Below are positions 13,301-27,000 of a DNA stretch of 64,000 bases, in pieces; the first letter of the stretch is position 1, and each line of letters starts with the position of its first letter. The position numbers were made by a program, and so were the translations under genes. The notes under the pieces are model-generated. The model made no database searches and was not told where the DNA came from. It saw only the letters and a list, made by a program, of their open reading frames with translations. Where the stretch lies: positions 76,386,001 through 76,450,000 of the forward strand of contig OZ076409.1 of assembly GCA_964187785.1 (NCBI GenBank), read 5' to 3'. This DNA comes from Amphiscolops sp. MND2022. Lineage: Eukaryota.

Positions 13301-14992
13301 CCCTTTGTTGTCGTTTGACATACTTTTTTGTTGTTATAATAAAAATTTTGTGTATTTGTTCATTTTTTATTCATCAAATAACTTGAAACAGTTGAGTACA
13401 TTCCATCCCCCCTTCCGGGGGAGATGAGAATGTACTCGCAAAAAGCAGCGAATTACGGCCCTTACCTTCCCGAGCTACGCAGTATAAAGATTACATATTG
13501 GTTCCGACATTTTCATAGAGTTAAATCTTGGTAATCTGTCTGGATATGCAGAAAAATCAGCACGTGCCTTTTAATACCAAGTTGCTTACAACGACAATTA
13601 TTTTTTATCAACGCCCCCATATTTATCAACGCCCCCCGTCCGTGGGCATGCCGAGGCATGCCCTTCGACGACGTATACCAAGATATGCGTTAACGCGTTA
13701 GCCTAGGTGCCGGGATTTCTATTCGATAAAGTATGTGGCGCGCCTTGGGTAGGGTCCCTTGCGCGCTCTTGGGTATGGTGTTCACCAGCTAGGAAACAGG
13801 GGTCGATTTTTCGGGATCTCCTAAACTAGCCACACGATTTGGCTGAAATTTGGCACACGTACCCCCCTTGGCACGGTGAAGATGATTTCCTACTGACGTT
13901 TTTCCCGCAAAATTTTTTTTGTTGTCCAAAATAACTGTTTTTGGGGTAAAATTTTGAACTTTTTTTAAATTTCAACTTATATCTCGCCACGGGTTTACGC
14001 TAGCGCTTCAAAACCCTGCTAAAGAAAGCTTGCAAACTGTCTCAGGAATGCGGTGTGAAAATTTCAGCTCAATCGGACTTGAACTCAGGGAGATATAGCG
14101 TTTTTCCGGAGCGGGGGGGTTTCATTTTTCTAACGGTCCAGCTTATCTTAGCCATTTTTTCGAAAATGTACTCGCCTAAAGACCTCCCCTGGCCGGTTTT
14201 ATTCCCAGCAAAACCATTTGGCCCTAAATACGGAGTTTCAGCGTTCCAGCATTCCCGGGCGAAAAGTTGTGGGACTTAGAAAAATTTCAAAATTTTTCAA
14301 AATTTTTTTTCCGTTTTCCGCCCTCCCCCCGAGGGGAAAAGACCCCCCAACCAGTAATTTGAGTGAATTCATGTGGAAAGGCCATGTTTAGAGGAGAAAA
14401 ATGCCGTTTAGATCGTCTTTTTATCTTTATTCAACGTTGACTTATGACGTTTTGAAGGTGATGTTTGGAGGTGTGAAGCACGTAAAAAGTAAACGTTATG
14501 AGTATTTATCTGATCTGAAAGCCATTGAGATGCAACCTGTTTAGCTCAAAACGTAATTCATATCAGTTTGGTAGTCAATCAACACCCTTTGTTGTCATTT
14601 GACATCTTTTTTTGTTGATATAAGAAAAAATTTCGTGTATTTATTCATTTTTTTCTCATCAAATAACTTGAAACAGTTGAGTACATTCCATCCCCCCTTC
14701 ACGGGGGAGATGAGAATGTACTCGCAAAAAGCCCCAAACTACGGCCCTTACCTTCCTGAGCTACGCAGTATAAAGATTGCATATTGGTTCCGACATTTTG
14801 ATATAGTTATATCTTGGTAATCTGTCTGGGTATGCAGAAAAACCAGCACGTGCTTTTTTATACCAAGTTGCTCACAACGACATTTATTTTATATCAACGC
14901 CCCCATATTTATCAACGCCCCCCGTCCGTGGGCATGCCGAGGCATGCCCTTCGACGACGTATACCAAGATATGTTCGAGCGCGTTAGCCTAG
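7322..14992 (+). mobile_element. Six family-B non-autonomous units (1269-1286 bp), divergent subtypes
   Basis: Units 7322-8590, 8591-9869, 9870-11142, 11143-12422, 12423-13706 and 13707-14992. They share the central block CCTAAAGRCCTCCCCTGGCC...AAACCATTTGGCCCT with the autonomous element's head, plus the bulged hairpin and the 3' palindrome. Confidence 0.85.
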
Positions 14993-16273
14993 GTGGTCCG
15001 GTACACTACCAACAAAACATTGTCGCGAGCAACGGGGAGGGTCCTGTAGCGAGCTTTATAGGAAAAAAACGGCGGAGCATATATACTAGGCAACATCGGC
15101 ACTTTTACCCACGATCTCTGAAATGAACCATACGATCCGGCTCAAAATTTGCATACGGCTTCCTCTAGCGATTCTAAGAACTTTTCCCTACTGGCATTTT
15201 GCCCGGAAAATTCAAAAAGTGGGTCAAAATCTTAGTTTTTTGGTCGAAAAATGGCGTTTTTTTGGAAAAAATTTTTTTAAGAGCCCATATCTCGCTCCCA
15301 GGTGCTCGGAGCGGGTCGCATGTGGACGTTGATATTGCTGGGCACTTCTTAAGGAGTCCGTAGACAAATTTTCGTACAGATCGGATGAAAATTGACTGAG
15401 TAATAGCCGCAAATCCGACGAATTTTTCAGAAAATTTTGGTACACCTAGTCTATCTCTGCCGTTTTTTGCCCAGATTTTTTTCCAGGACCTCTCCTAAAG
15501 GCCTCCCCTGGCCGGTTTACCTCCCAGAAAAACCATTTGGCCCTTTTGCCGCAGTTTCAGCGTTCCAGGATTCCCCGGGTAAAAGATAAATGACTTAGAA
15601 TTTTTTCGAAAATTTTTCAAAATTTTTTTTTTCAACTTCAGGCCCCCCAAAGTCAAGAAACTTCCACACAACTAGTATTGCAAGTGAATGCATGTGGAAA
15701 GTGCTCGAATAGACGAGAAAAATGAGCTATTATAAAGTTCTGTAGCTTAACCTGACGTTGACTTATGACAATTTTAGTGTGAGCTTGCTATGTGAGAAAA
15801 AAATTTCATAAATTGAAAATCGAAGCTAAGTCTCATCGGAATACGTTCAGTGGACCCCAGCGCTGTTTAAATGCCGCTGTTTAGTGCAGCAACGCCCTTT
15901 AAGGTCATTTGATCCATTTTTTACAGGTTTTGACACCGTCTTATCCATTCGAAAGTTCGAAAGAGTTGTGTACATTCCATCTCCCCCCTTCTATGGGGGA
16001 GATGGTAATGTACACGCAAAAAGCCAAGTACTACTGTTCTTTTTATACTTGGAGTGGCCTCGGCAATGCAGTAGCGGGAGCTCCAGGTCGTTTGCCGTAG
16101 CCTTATTGTCTGTTTAGACTTTGCTACAACAGAAACTATGTTACTGAACATGAAAAAGATTGTTTCAATCCAAATGTTTTTTCAAATAATAATACCAAAT
16201 AACACATGTCCATATATCCACTATTGCCACTAAATACTGGCGCATCGTCGCACAACGAAGCCTGCAGCGCTAG
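14993..16273 (+). mobile_element. Family-C1 non-autonomous unit (1281 bp)
   Basis: Starts GTGGTCCGGTACAC and ends GCCTGCAGCGCTAG. Lacks the GGGCATGCC palindrome. Near-identical to 34228-35506 and 54636-55916. Confidence 0.85.
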
Positions 16274-18242
16274 GTGCGGGGGGGTAACCCCAACAAATAT
16301 ATTGGAGGATTCGGGTAGGGTCCTGAATCCGATTTTAACTCTAATAGCTATCGATAGGAAATCTTGCAAAAATTTCGGGATCTCGTGATCTAACCATAGG
16401 ATTTTAAAGTTGGAGCGGCCCCCACCAGATTTTCCGAAAATTAGCGCCCCCCACCGGGTTCCATACCCCGGGAAATTTTTTTCTGGCCACACGGGCGACC
16501 GTTAGGGGGTCATTTTAGGGGTAAAATTCATATTGGGCCACATAACTTTTTTTCTGTTGATTTAAAACTTTGGAACCCTGCTAAAAGTTTCTTGACCGTG
16601 TTGCAGGGGCCCCGAAGGTCCAAACCAAATTTTTCTATCTTGAAGCTATCTCCAAGTACCCCCCCGCTCAAACCGTTATTTTTCCGGAAACGCAGGTTTT
16701 TGACCCGGAAGGAGTCGTCTGAGCGCGGGGTCGTTAGGTGATGTATTGGGGACGGCCTTGAGACGAAGTGGGGGACAAGTAGTTTGCCAACCTCAATTTA
16801 CCCCCCGGACGGGAAATGACCGTTATATGAGCGTGAAAAATGCCCCCCTCCACGTTTTACCGCTATTTCCGGTGTGAAGGAGTGGGAGTAGCGCGTCGGG
16901 TGTTATATAACAAAAGTAGGTTTAGACAAGGACCTATCGGAAACATGTAGTTTGGGACACACTGGACCAACCCGTTAGCGGGAAATGGGGCTTCCGCCTC
17001 CTTTTTTTAGTGCTAAAACCGTAAAATGGGCATTGAGGGGAAAATATCTCGTGAACGCGTGGAGCAATCGTGTCCATCACTACTACAAGGTTTCATACCC
17101 ATGATATGGTGCCTTCAGGGGGGCAAACAGATTTCCGCTATCTATCACCGTTACCGACTTGGCCCCCCAGCCTAACCGCTATGTGACCGGAAATGTCACT
17201 TTTTGAGCCCAAAGGGTCGGTCCCAGCCGGGGAACGTTAGGTAACTTATTGTAGTACTCAATGAGACGAGTTGGGGATATAGTTTTAGTCACCCCCCGTT
17301 ACCCCTTGGGACCGGAAATGACCGTTATGTGGGTAAAATTGCAATTTTTATACTTTTTCAAGTGTATTTAGGTGCGGAAGGAGTGGTAATAGGTGCTTGG
17401 ACACTATATGAGGTAAGGGAGGACGTGAGGCGTGCATTCGGAAATAACCGTTATGTTGACCCTAAAGTCCCCCTGGTACCGTAAACGACCGGAAATGGTC
17501 AAATTTTGTGTCTATTGGGTACAAATGTTTTGTATTTTGTAGATAAAAGTATCTATTAGGTGTTTCGACGGTCTACAGTAGTGAACATAGTCATGAAACC
17601 TTGTGGGGGGTAACGGTATATAGCACCGGAAGTCAAAACGTTGGAGACAGGATAGGTTTTTTGGTTTTAAAATGTCTTTCGGCGTAATTTTTCCGACTCT
17701 TGTGGACTATTTTTAAAAATTAAAGTTTTTCCATATAGTTTCAGAGACTCCGAAACCTCAACCAACATAACCGTTACCTTATGATAGCCTTTCAAGTTGG
17801 CCTGGTGTCAACTTGGAAGCGCTATCCTTCTGAAATCGTTAATCAAGAGTGTTTTTGGGTAGGTATATATTGCATTAGTACCAATTAGAGCTTCATCAAC
17901 AGTGTATCAACGACAAAAACTATGCCGTCATGATTCCGTTATTAGAATCATAGTGAGCAAATTGTTGAAAAAATGGTTTTTTCCATACAAAATGTGTCCT
18001 AAATGCCAGGCAACCTATTTACCTAACAAATGGTATTAATTGGAATGTTTGTAACAGATTTATAAAAGTTCAAATTGATAATTACATTTCATTATGGAAG
18101 CTGAAACGTCATATTTTAGTTTAATTAACGTCAACGCCACACACTTTACATCAACGCACACCGTCTGTGGGCATGCCGAGGCATGCCCTTCGACGACGTA
18201 TGACAAATCCATATCAAACGACGCCCGTACATCCCGGGCTAG
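16274..18242 (+). mobile_element. Family-A non-autonomous unit (1969 bp)
   Basis: Colinear with 5351-7321 and near-identical to 62448-64000. Confidence 0.85.
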
Positions 18243-19546
18243 GTGGCCACGACCATGGTTTCTTGCGTATCTTGTCGAATCCTTTGTCGTTGCCGGCCGG
18301 GGAGGGACCCGTTTGCCGGCGTGTGTAGTGTGGGGCCCCCATACCCAAAAAGTGGTATTTTTTTCAGAGATCTCAAAATCGGCCCATCAGAATTGCCTGA
18401 AATTTGGCATGAGGCTCCCAATTGGGGAAAAAATAAGAAGTGTAGGAGGCGACTTGTTCGGGTAAATATTGTATGTTGACTTTTGGCCAAAATAGTGTTC
18501 CCCCCCAACATGGGCAAAATCACATGAGTTGTAAAAATATGATCACAACTTTTGAACCTTTGGATTTAGGGGTACGGTCGTGGACCACATTAAGCAAGAG
18601 CTTTGGTGAGCGGGTAGGATAGATGGGTTTTGATCCCAGTACCTTCAACCACTTTTGAGAAATTAACGTTTCAAACAAACATCCGGGAGGTATCTGTTGC
18701 CCCTGAAGGCAGGTTTTTCGCCATTTTCAATGTGAAGGAGTGGGTTTAGCGTAACGTGTGTGGGGTGCTTTTTTGTTGCCCGTGTGCGGAGCGTTGTATA
18801 GAGGTGCTGGTTGTTGAAATTGGAAAAGCTGCTAAAAAGTTATACCTATACCCCCCCTACTGTCTCTGCCATTCAATTTTTTTTTCAACTTCAGGCCTCC
18901 CAAAGGTGAGAAACTTCCACACAACTAGTATTGCAAGTGAATGCATGTGGAAAGTACTCGGATAGACGAGAAAAATGAGCTATAGAACGACTCTGTAGCT
19001 TAACCTGACGTTGACTTATGACATTTTGAGTGTGAGCTTGCTACGAGAGAAAAAAATTCAAAATTGAAAATCGAAGCTAAGTCTCATCCAAAACTCATCG
19101 AAATACGTTCAATCCATACCAAAGCGGTCAAACTCCAGCTATATAGTGCAGCAACACTATTCAAGACCATTTGACACAATTTTACTAGTTTTGACATTGT
19201 ATTATTCATCCGAGAGCACAAAACAGTTGGGTACATTCCATCTCCCTTTCGGGGGAGATGAGAATGTACCCGCTAAATGACACGCACCATGGCCTAATTT
19301 TTACCTTTATGCAACGTTTTCTAGGCTTTCGCGCAAGCCCACTAATATTTAGACTGGTTTCTTTCTCTTTCACTCCAAACTTTCCGTCCGTACTAACCAC
19401 CTTACACACCACCAGCAGCTCAACGACACATCTGTAACGTCAACGCCACATACTCGCATCAACGCCCACCGTCCGTGGGCATGCCGAGGCATGCCCTTCG
19501 ACGACGTATGCCCGTTGTCACAACAGGGCGCCCCTACATTCTCTAG
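18243..19546 (+). mobile_element. Chimeric non-autonomous unit (1304 bp)
   Basis: The 5' ~620 bp is largely unique. The 3' half is family-B-like and its tail closely matches 8280-8550. Bounded by standard junctions. Confidence 0.8.
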
Positions 19547-22500
19547 GTGGTCAGTGCTGTTGCGTTCATTTTTTTCCGGCCGTGGGGGAGGGCCCCTCTG
19601 AGGCCGGTCATTTTTCAGGTAACAGCTTTCTTATACAAAAAAGCGGGAAAAAACCTCAGTGCTCAAATCCCTACCTGCCGAATGAGCTGAAATTTGGCAT
19701 GTAGCTAGTACATTGCAAATGATTAGGATGGGCTATAACGCTATGTTTGGCAAAATTGGTTTTGTTCCATTTTTTTTGTCATATAGGGCTAAAAATGGCC
19801 TTTTTTGCGTATTTTTTGCTTGACAAGCTAATAACTCGCGTTGGGTTGATACTAGCGATACGGGTGTGGTGTATGGAATTGTAAGATTACCAAGTACCTT
19901 GCTGATTACGTTATTTGATTTAAGCTCACATCACCCCCTACGCCGGAAATGCCCAATTTGTCACTTCCGGTCGCAATTTTTGAATTTTTTGGATGGAGTC
20001 AAAACCCATTTCCAGTGTGAAGGAGTGGGTTGAGCGCTCCGACCACGATATACTAAAAGTAGGTTTAGACAAAGTCCTTTAAAGAAAAAAGTAATGTGAG
20101 CCCGTACCTATCACCCCCTCACCGGAAATAGGGGTAACGCCTCCTTTTTCTGTGTTGCAAAAGTGACAAGTGCACATTTGTCCAACTCCGAAGCCCCGGA
20201 GCACCGTGGGACCCTGATACTTTCTAAACACCTATCCCACACGCTGCCGGAAGTGACCGGAAGTTTCACCGGAACTGACATCCTTGGACCGGAAATGGTC
20301 AAAAATTGATTTTTTCAATGCAGAATAGACACATCTGGTGCGATTTTTAGGCAAAAAGCATAATTCGTGAAACGCTTGTTGCAGTTGGAAGGCCATTGTT
20401 CAGCAAGAATGCGTACAGCCTTACGTAGCACATCAAGTAGTTGATAATTTTTCGTCCATAATATCCAAAGGACCGGAAATGGCCATTTTTGAATCGGAAA
20501 CTTCTTCAGCTTGATTTTTAACAGGTTTTTTTGCAGTAATAGCGTAGGAACTGCTCGTCGGATGCTGTAGGTCTATTTTAAAACTAGCTGACTGCTTCTT
20601 AGAAATGAATTTCAGAAGTCCCAACTAATTCCAGATTACCGGAAATGGGAGTAATTGCCTCCTTTATGACCTTTGAATGATAAATTGTTAAAATCCGCAA
20701 ATTATTTTATTCCACAATTGTTGCTCAGGTTATATCTAAGCAATAACATCTGCTTGTTATGAAGTGCTGTAATGTGGGAGATACAAATATTGATTTTTAA
20801 AAGTATTACATACGTGATATCCGCCGCAATAAGGGTTTTTCAAATCAAGCATTTTGAAGTCCTACTAGTGTTCCGCACACCCGAAGCAATTTAGGTTTCT
20901 AGTTTCGATTTTCAGGCTTCCGCGACTATTTAGTTGAGATGATAGTTTTCACGTTCTCTGCAAAACGGGCATTTCGTTGTGTATTTGACATTTATTGGGC
21001 TGTTTCACATTGTAATTCAAAACTAATTGATCATACAATTTGGAAGAATTGAAAATTTTCAATTGAACATTAAATGTTTTAATAATTTCTCTTTCGTTGA
21101 AGATCTCTTTTGTGGCCGTTAGAACAGGTTGAATTAGTTGAATAAGTAACCAGTGCGCTGAATCGTTTAATACATAGCGTTTGACATCGGTTTTTTTCGC
21201 GAACAAAGACAAGCATGATTTGTTGGAAGTTTTTACCATATTGCTTCAAATCGGGTGTGACAAACAATGAATTTCTCGTTTTAATTGCTACTTCGGAAGC
21301 AACCTGAAAACGCAAATCGATCTATTGAATTATGGAGATGAAACTAAGCATTTCAAGTCTGGGTTTCAATTTAATTCTATCACTCCGGACTATTTTCATG
21401 TCGCAAGAGTGATAAAGGGTGTTAGCAAGGTTAAAAACATCGAACAATTTTAATAATAAAGCCTCCGGAAAGGGAAGAAAAAATGAGTTTTCCTGTCAAA
21501 ACAATCATAACCACGTACGAAACATCAAGCTTTTGTATTGTTCAACAGTCCAAAACGTGAATGAAGTTTTTAAATAACCAAGAGTTTCTAATCAAGCATG
21601 CGTTTCAAATGTCTCACAGGGCAGCATCGTTTTCAAAAAACAGTGCTTTCAATGTGGTTTCATACCAGCAAAACGAACGCAGGCACAACCACATTCTCAA
21701 AATTCTTGCACAACAACCAATTTCTTTGAAAATCCTATTTGATTCCTCAGGGTATATGGTGAGAACCCTGTTGGGTTCCAAAGATGATGAGCTGTTTTCT
21801 TGGGTTTGCGAGATAAGTTACAACGGAAATCTGAAAGCAGGTCGTCTCAATAAAATACCTGTTGCTCTTTAAACGAATGGACTGAAGTAGTCGAAATTTA
21901 TTCTCAGACACTTTCGATCAGAGAATGTTTGAGTCCTAACGTTCGAATCAGGTTGGTTTCAGGTGGCTCGAAGTGCCAGCTGAACCAACCTTTCAAATAA
22001 AGAAAAACCCCACACCTCCCTTCACGCCACGCTACCCCGTATAGCGTTTCAACTTGACAGAAATTGGAACGTTTGATTTTGGCGTCTCTTGGGATTGACA
22101 CACCAGTGTTGAAACTAAATTTGGCAAAGAGAAATCGCAGAAATGATTGTTTCTGTTTTTTCTCTTTGATTTAGTCTGCCGAGCGTAAAAAGCAGTTTGG
22201 GAAACTAACTTGCATTTCCACTGAACGAAAAAAAGTAGTAGCCTTGCAAACTCCTGGAAAAGATTGAATCAGGTTTCCCTATTTGTGAGATCAGCTGTCA
22301 CTCAATTATCATTTACTTTTTAAACAATTTTCAAGAACAACTAATCTAACTCTGCTCGACTCTCTTGGATAATGCAACAGTAGTTTACTGATCTGTGCTC
22401 GTGGTAAAAAACTCAACTGCAGGTTCAAAAACAATCTATATGTATTTGGTTTATTCCGTGCAAAGCTTTTTTTCACACCATGTGACTCAACTATTACATG

Positions 22501-22617
22501 TATGTAATGAAACCAATAACACCTACAACTATCAACGCCCACCGTCCGTAGGCATGCCGAGGCATGCCTTTCGACGACGCGCGCCGGAAACAATCTAACG
22601 GCGCCACCCGCTTCTGG
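19547..22617 (+). mobile_element. Long divergent unit (3071 bp) with unique internal sequence
   Basis: Starts GTG, has the GAGGG-loop hairpin, an A-family-like patch near 20015-20070 and the variant palindrome at 22550-22569, and ends CTGG. Confidence 0.75.
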
Positions 22618-24006
22618 GTGGTCGGGTATTTTTTTTACTCGTAGATGGCGTTTGCGAGGCTTTGGGGAGGGCCCCGTGCCGAGCCTGTACCGAAATTTAC
22701 CACATACCAGAAGTGTCCGATTTAATCGAGATCTCAAAAACTAACCGTTAGAATTCTCTGAAATTTTGCATGTGGCCCCTAATCAATGAGTAATGAAAAA
22801 TTGTAGGAGTGACGGTTGCTGAAAAACTTGTCTTTGTTGCACTTTTTGCGCAATTTTTGCCGCATTGTTGCGTTTTTTATGTCATTTTCGACTTTTCAAG
22901 CAAAAAACTCATAGATGCTTTGTTCCTAGCGTATCAAGTGTGGAGCACGAAAAGTTGCAGCATCTTCCATTACGTATGCTGAGAAAATTTGGTTGCCCTC
23001 GGATTACCCCCCACAGAGATAGAGGGGTGCATCCGGGTATTTTTGACCCCTAAATTTGGTAAATTGCTAATTTTCGTAATAAAGCCGTAGATTTAGCGCG
23101 TGCACACCCTGCTGAAGATTTGTTAGGCATTTTGAGATAGATCCGATGACATGCGTTGAGTTCACCCCCATCACCCCCTTGACCGGAAATGAACGTTTTT
23201 GTGCACTTTCAGACCGGAAGTCTCCATTTTCACCGGTAAGCAGTCCTTGAACGAGCAACTAGCAGAACATCAAAAGTGATGTATAACCTGGGGTCAACTT
23301 AATGACCACGTGTTGTCCAGTCATGGGTTTCGCTATGACCGGAAATGGGCTTAAAACCCCCTTTTGGTAGTATTTTTATCAATTTTCCTTGTGCTTGGTC
23401 CACATTCAAGTTGCGTAAGTCAGTTGAACCAGTGAGAGCATAAAATATATATTCACTGCGTAGTCGTAACTGACACTGCCAGATACCGGAAGTAACCCCC
23501 TGTGACCGGAAGAGGTCAATTTTGACCGGAAACGGTCCAAAAAGTAGCGTAAATGCAGTTTTCAATGCTTTTTAAGGTCAAGTTATTAGTATTTTTCAAT
23601 TTGAATGCTTTTTTCCACGCAAAAAGCTAACATCGTTGCATGTTTTGCTGAAGATCGGAAAAGTGATCACCATTATCACCCCCGATAGCCTTTCAAGTTG
23701 ACCTTTGGTCAATCTTGAAGGCTATCTGTTCTGAAAACGAAAAATAGTGGAATTTTGTTTCCTCCTTTCTCTTGATATTTTTCCTTCAAGTCAATTTGTC
23801 AAAAGAAAGACATTTGTTCAACTGAGTGATCTGAAACCTGTCCAGAGGTGTCACCCGGACGAATACCATTTCAAGCTGAAGTACACAAATCAGGGTAGTA
23901 TTAGACATCACACACTCCTACCAACTCCCACCGTCTGTGGGCATGCCGAGGCATGCCCTTCGACGACGTATGCCAAATAGCGCTACAGCGCGCCCACATT
24001 TGCTAG
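22618..24006 (+). mobile_element. Divergent singleton unit (1389 bp)
   Basis: Standard termini, A-type hairpin GATAGCCTTTCAAG...CTTGAAGGCTATC at 23684-23726, ACCGGAART motifs and the 3' palindrome. Confidence 0.78.
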
Positions 24007-27000
24007 GTGCCGGGATTTCTATTCGATAAAGTATGTTGCGCGTGTGGGTAGGGCCCCTGGCGCGCTCTTGGGTATGGTGTTCACCAGCTAGGAAATAGGG
24101 GTCGATTTTTCGGGATCTCCTAAACTAGCCACACGATTTGGCTGAAATTTGGCACACGTACCCCCCTCGGCACGGTGAAGATGATTTCCTACTGACGTTT
24201 TTCCCGCAAAATTTTTTTTGTTGTCCAAAATAACGGTTTTTGGGGTAAAATTTTGAATTTTTTTTAAATTTTATCTTATATCTCGCCACCGGTTTACGCT
24301 AGCGCTTCAAAACCCTGCTAAAGAAAACTTGCAAACTGTCTCAGGAATGCTGTGTGAAAATTTCAGCTCAATCGGACTTAAACTCGGGGAGATATAGCGT
24401 TTTTCCGGAGCGGGGGGGTTTCATTTTTCTAACGGTCCAGCTTATCTTTGCCATTTTTTCGAAAATGCACTCGCCTAAAGACCTCCCCTGGCCGGTTTTA
24501 TTCCCAGCAAAACCATTTGGCCCTAAATACGGAGTTTCAGCGTTCCAGCATTCCCGGGCGAAAAGTTGTGGGACTTAGAAAATTTCAAAAATTTTCAAAA
24601 AATTTTTTTTCCGTTTTCCGCCCTCCCCCCCTAGGGGAAAAGACCCCCCAACCAGTAATTTGAGTGAATTCATGTGGAAAGGCCATGTTTAGAGGAGAAA
24701 AATGCCGTTTAGAACGTCTTTTTATCTTGGCTCAACGTTGACTTATGACGTTTTGAAGGTGATGTTTGGAGGTGTAAAGCACGTGAATAGTAAACGTTAT
24801 GAGTATTTATCTGATCTGAAAGCCATTGAGATGAATATGGTTTGCCCAAAACGTAATTCATGGCAGTTTGGCAATCAATCAACCACCTTTGTTGTCGTTT
24901 GACATACTTTTTTGTTGTTATAATAAAAAATTTTGTGTATTTATTCATTTTTTTCTCATCAAATAACTTGAAACAGTTGAGTACATTCCATCCCCCCCTT
25001 CCGGGGGAGATGAGAATGTACTCGCAAAAAGCACCGAACTACGGCCCTAACCTTCCCGAGCTACGCAGTATAAGGATTACATATTGGTTCCGACATTTTC
25101 ATAGAGTTAAATCTTGGTAATCTGTCTGGATATGCAGAAAAACCAGCACGTGCTTTTTTATACCAAGTTGCTTACAACGACAATTATTTTATATCAACGC
25201 CCCCATATTTATCAACGCCCCCCGTCCGTGGGCATGCCGAGGCATGCCCTTCGACGACGTATACCAAGATATTCCCGAGCGCGTTAGCCTAGGTGCCGGG
25301 ATTTCCATTCGATAAGGAATTCTGCGCGTGTGGGTAGGGCCCCTGGCGCGCTCCTGTGTTTTCGGTTTTCCTACTCCAAATTCACACCCCAGTTATCTCC
25401 GATCTCGTAAACTAGCCATACGATTTGGCTGAAATTTGGCACACGTACCCCCCTCGGCACGGTGAAGATGATTCCCTACTGACGTTTTGCCCGCTAAACT
25501 TTTTTTGTTGACCAAAATAACGGTTTTTGGTGGAAAATTTTCAACTTTTTTTAAATTTCATCTTATATCTCGCCCCAGGTTTACGCTAGCGCTTCAAAAC
25601 CTTGCTGACGAAAGTTTGCAAACTGTCTCAGGAATGCGGTGTGAAATTTTCAGCTCAATTGGACTCAAACTCGGGGAGATATAGCGTTTTTCCGGAGCGG
25701 GGGGGTTTCATTTTTCTAACGGTGCAGCTTATCTTTGCCATTTTTTCGAAAATGCACTCGCCTAAAGGCCTCCCCTGGCCGGTTTTACTCCCAAAAAAAC
25801 CATTTGGCCCTAAATACGGGGTTTCAGCGTTCTAGCATTCTCGGGCGAAAAGTTGTGGGACTTAGAAAATTTCAAAAATTTTCAAAAAATTTTTTTTCCG
25901 TTATTTGGGCCCCCAATGTGGGGGAAAGGACCCCCCAACCAGTAATTTGAGTGAATGCAGGTGAAAAGGCCATGTTTAGAGGAGAAAAATGCCGTTTAGA
26001 ACGTCTTTTTATTTTGACTCAACGTTGACTTATGTCGTTTTGAAGGTGACCGTTAGATATGGAAAATTGATGTTTTGAGTATTTATCTCATCTGAAAGCC
26101 ATTGAGATACAACATATTTTGCTCAAAACGTGTTTCATTGTAGTTTCGCTGTCCATTAACACCCTTTGGTGACTTTTGACATGTTTTTTTGTTTATATAA
26201 TAACAATTTTTCTTGCATTCTTTGTTTTTTTTCTCATCTATAATCTTGAAACAGTTGAGTACATTCCATCTCCCTTCCCGGGGGAGATGAGAATGTACTC
26301 GCTAAAGGCCATGAACTACGGCCTATACCTTCCCGAGCTACGCGCTACTAGTATTGCATATGCATGCAGACATTTTGATACATTTTTATCTTTGTAGATT
26401 GACTGGACAAATTGAAAACTCTGTCCTGATTATACAAAGTTACCTCACAACGACACAGGTTTACGTCAACGCCCCATACTTTACATCAACGCCCACCGTC
26501 CGTGGGCATGCCGAGGCATGCCCTTCGACGACGTATACCAAGATATACTCCCGAGCGCGGTAGCAGCTAGGTGCCGGGATTACTATTCGATAAGGAATTT
26601 TGCGCGGTTGGGTAGGGCCCCGTGAGCGCGCCAGGGGATAGTGTTAGAACAACAAGGATTTGGGCATCAGTTGGGAGCGATTTTCTAAACTATCCGTACG
26701 ATTTTGCTGAAATTTGGCACGAAGCTTCCTTGGAACATTCTAAGAACAAATCCCTACTGGCGTTTTGCTGGGAAAAATCAAAAAGTTGGTCAAAAATGCG
26801 ATTTTCCGACAAAATTTTGGGGTAAAATTTCTTTGAAACGTTATATCTCGCCACAGGGTCACGCTAGCGCCTCGCAACCTATGATCGTGTTTTGTTGGGC
26901 GTTGTCTGTAGAACACGTATGCCAAATTTGGTGGCGATCGGACTTAAACTCAGGGAGATATAGCGATTTTTTAGGTGCATTTTTTGACATTTTTTGCATT

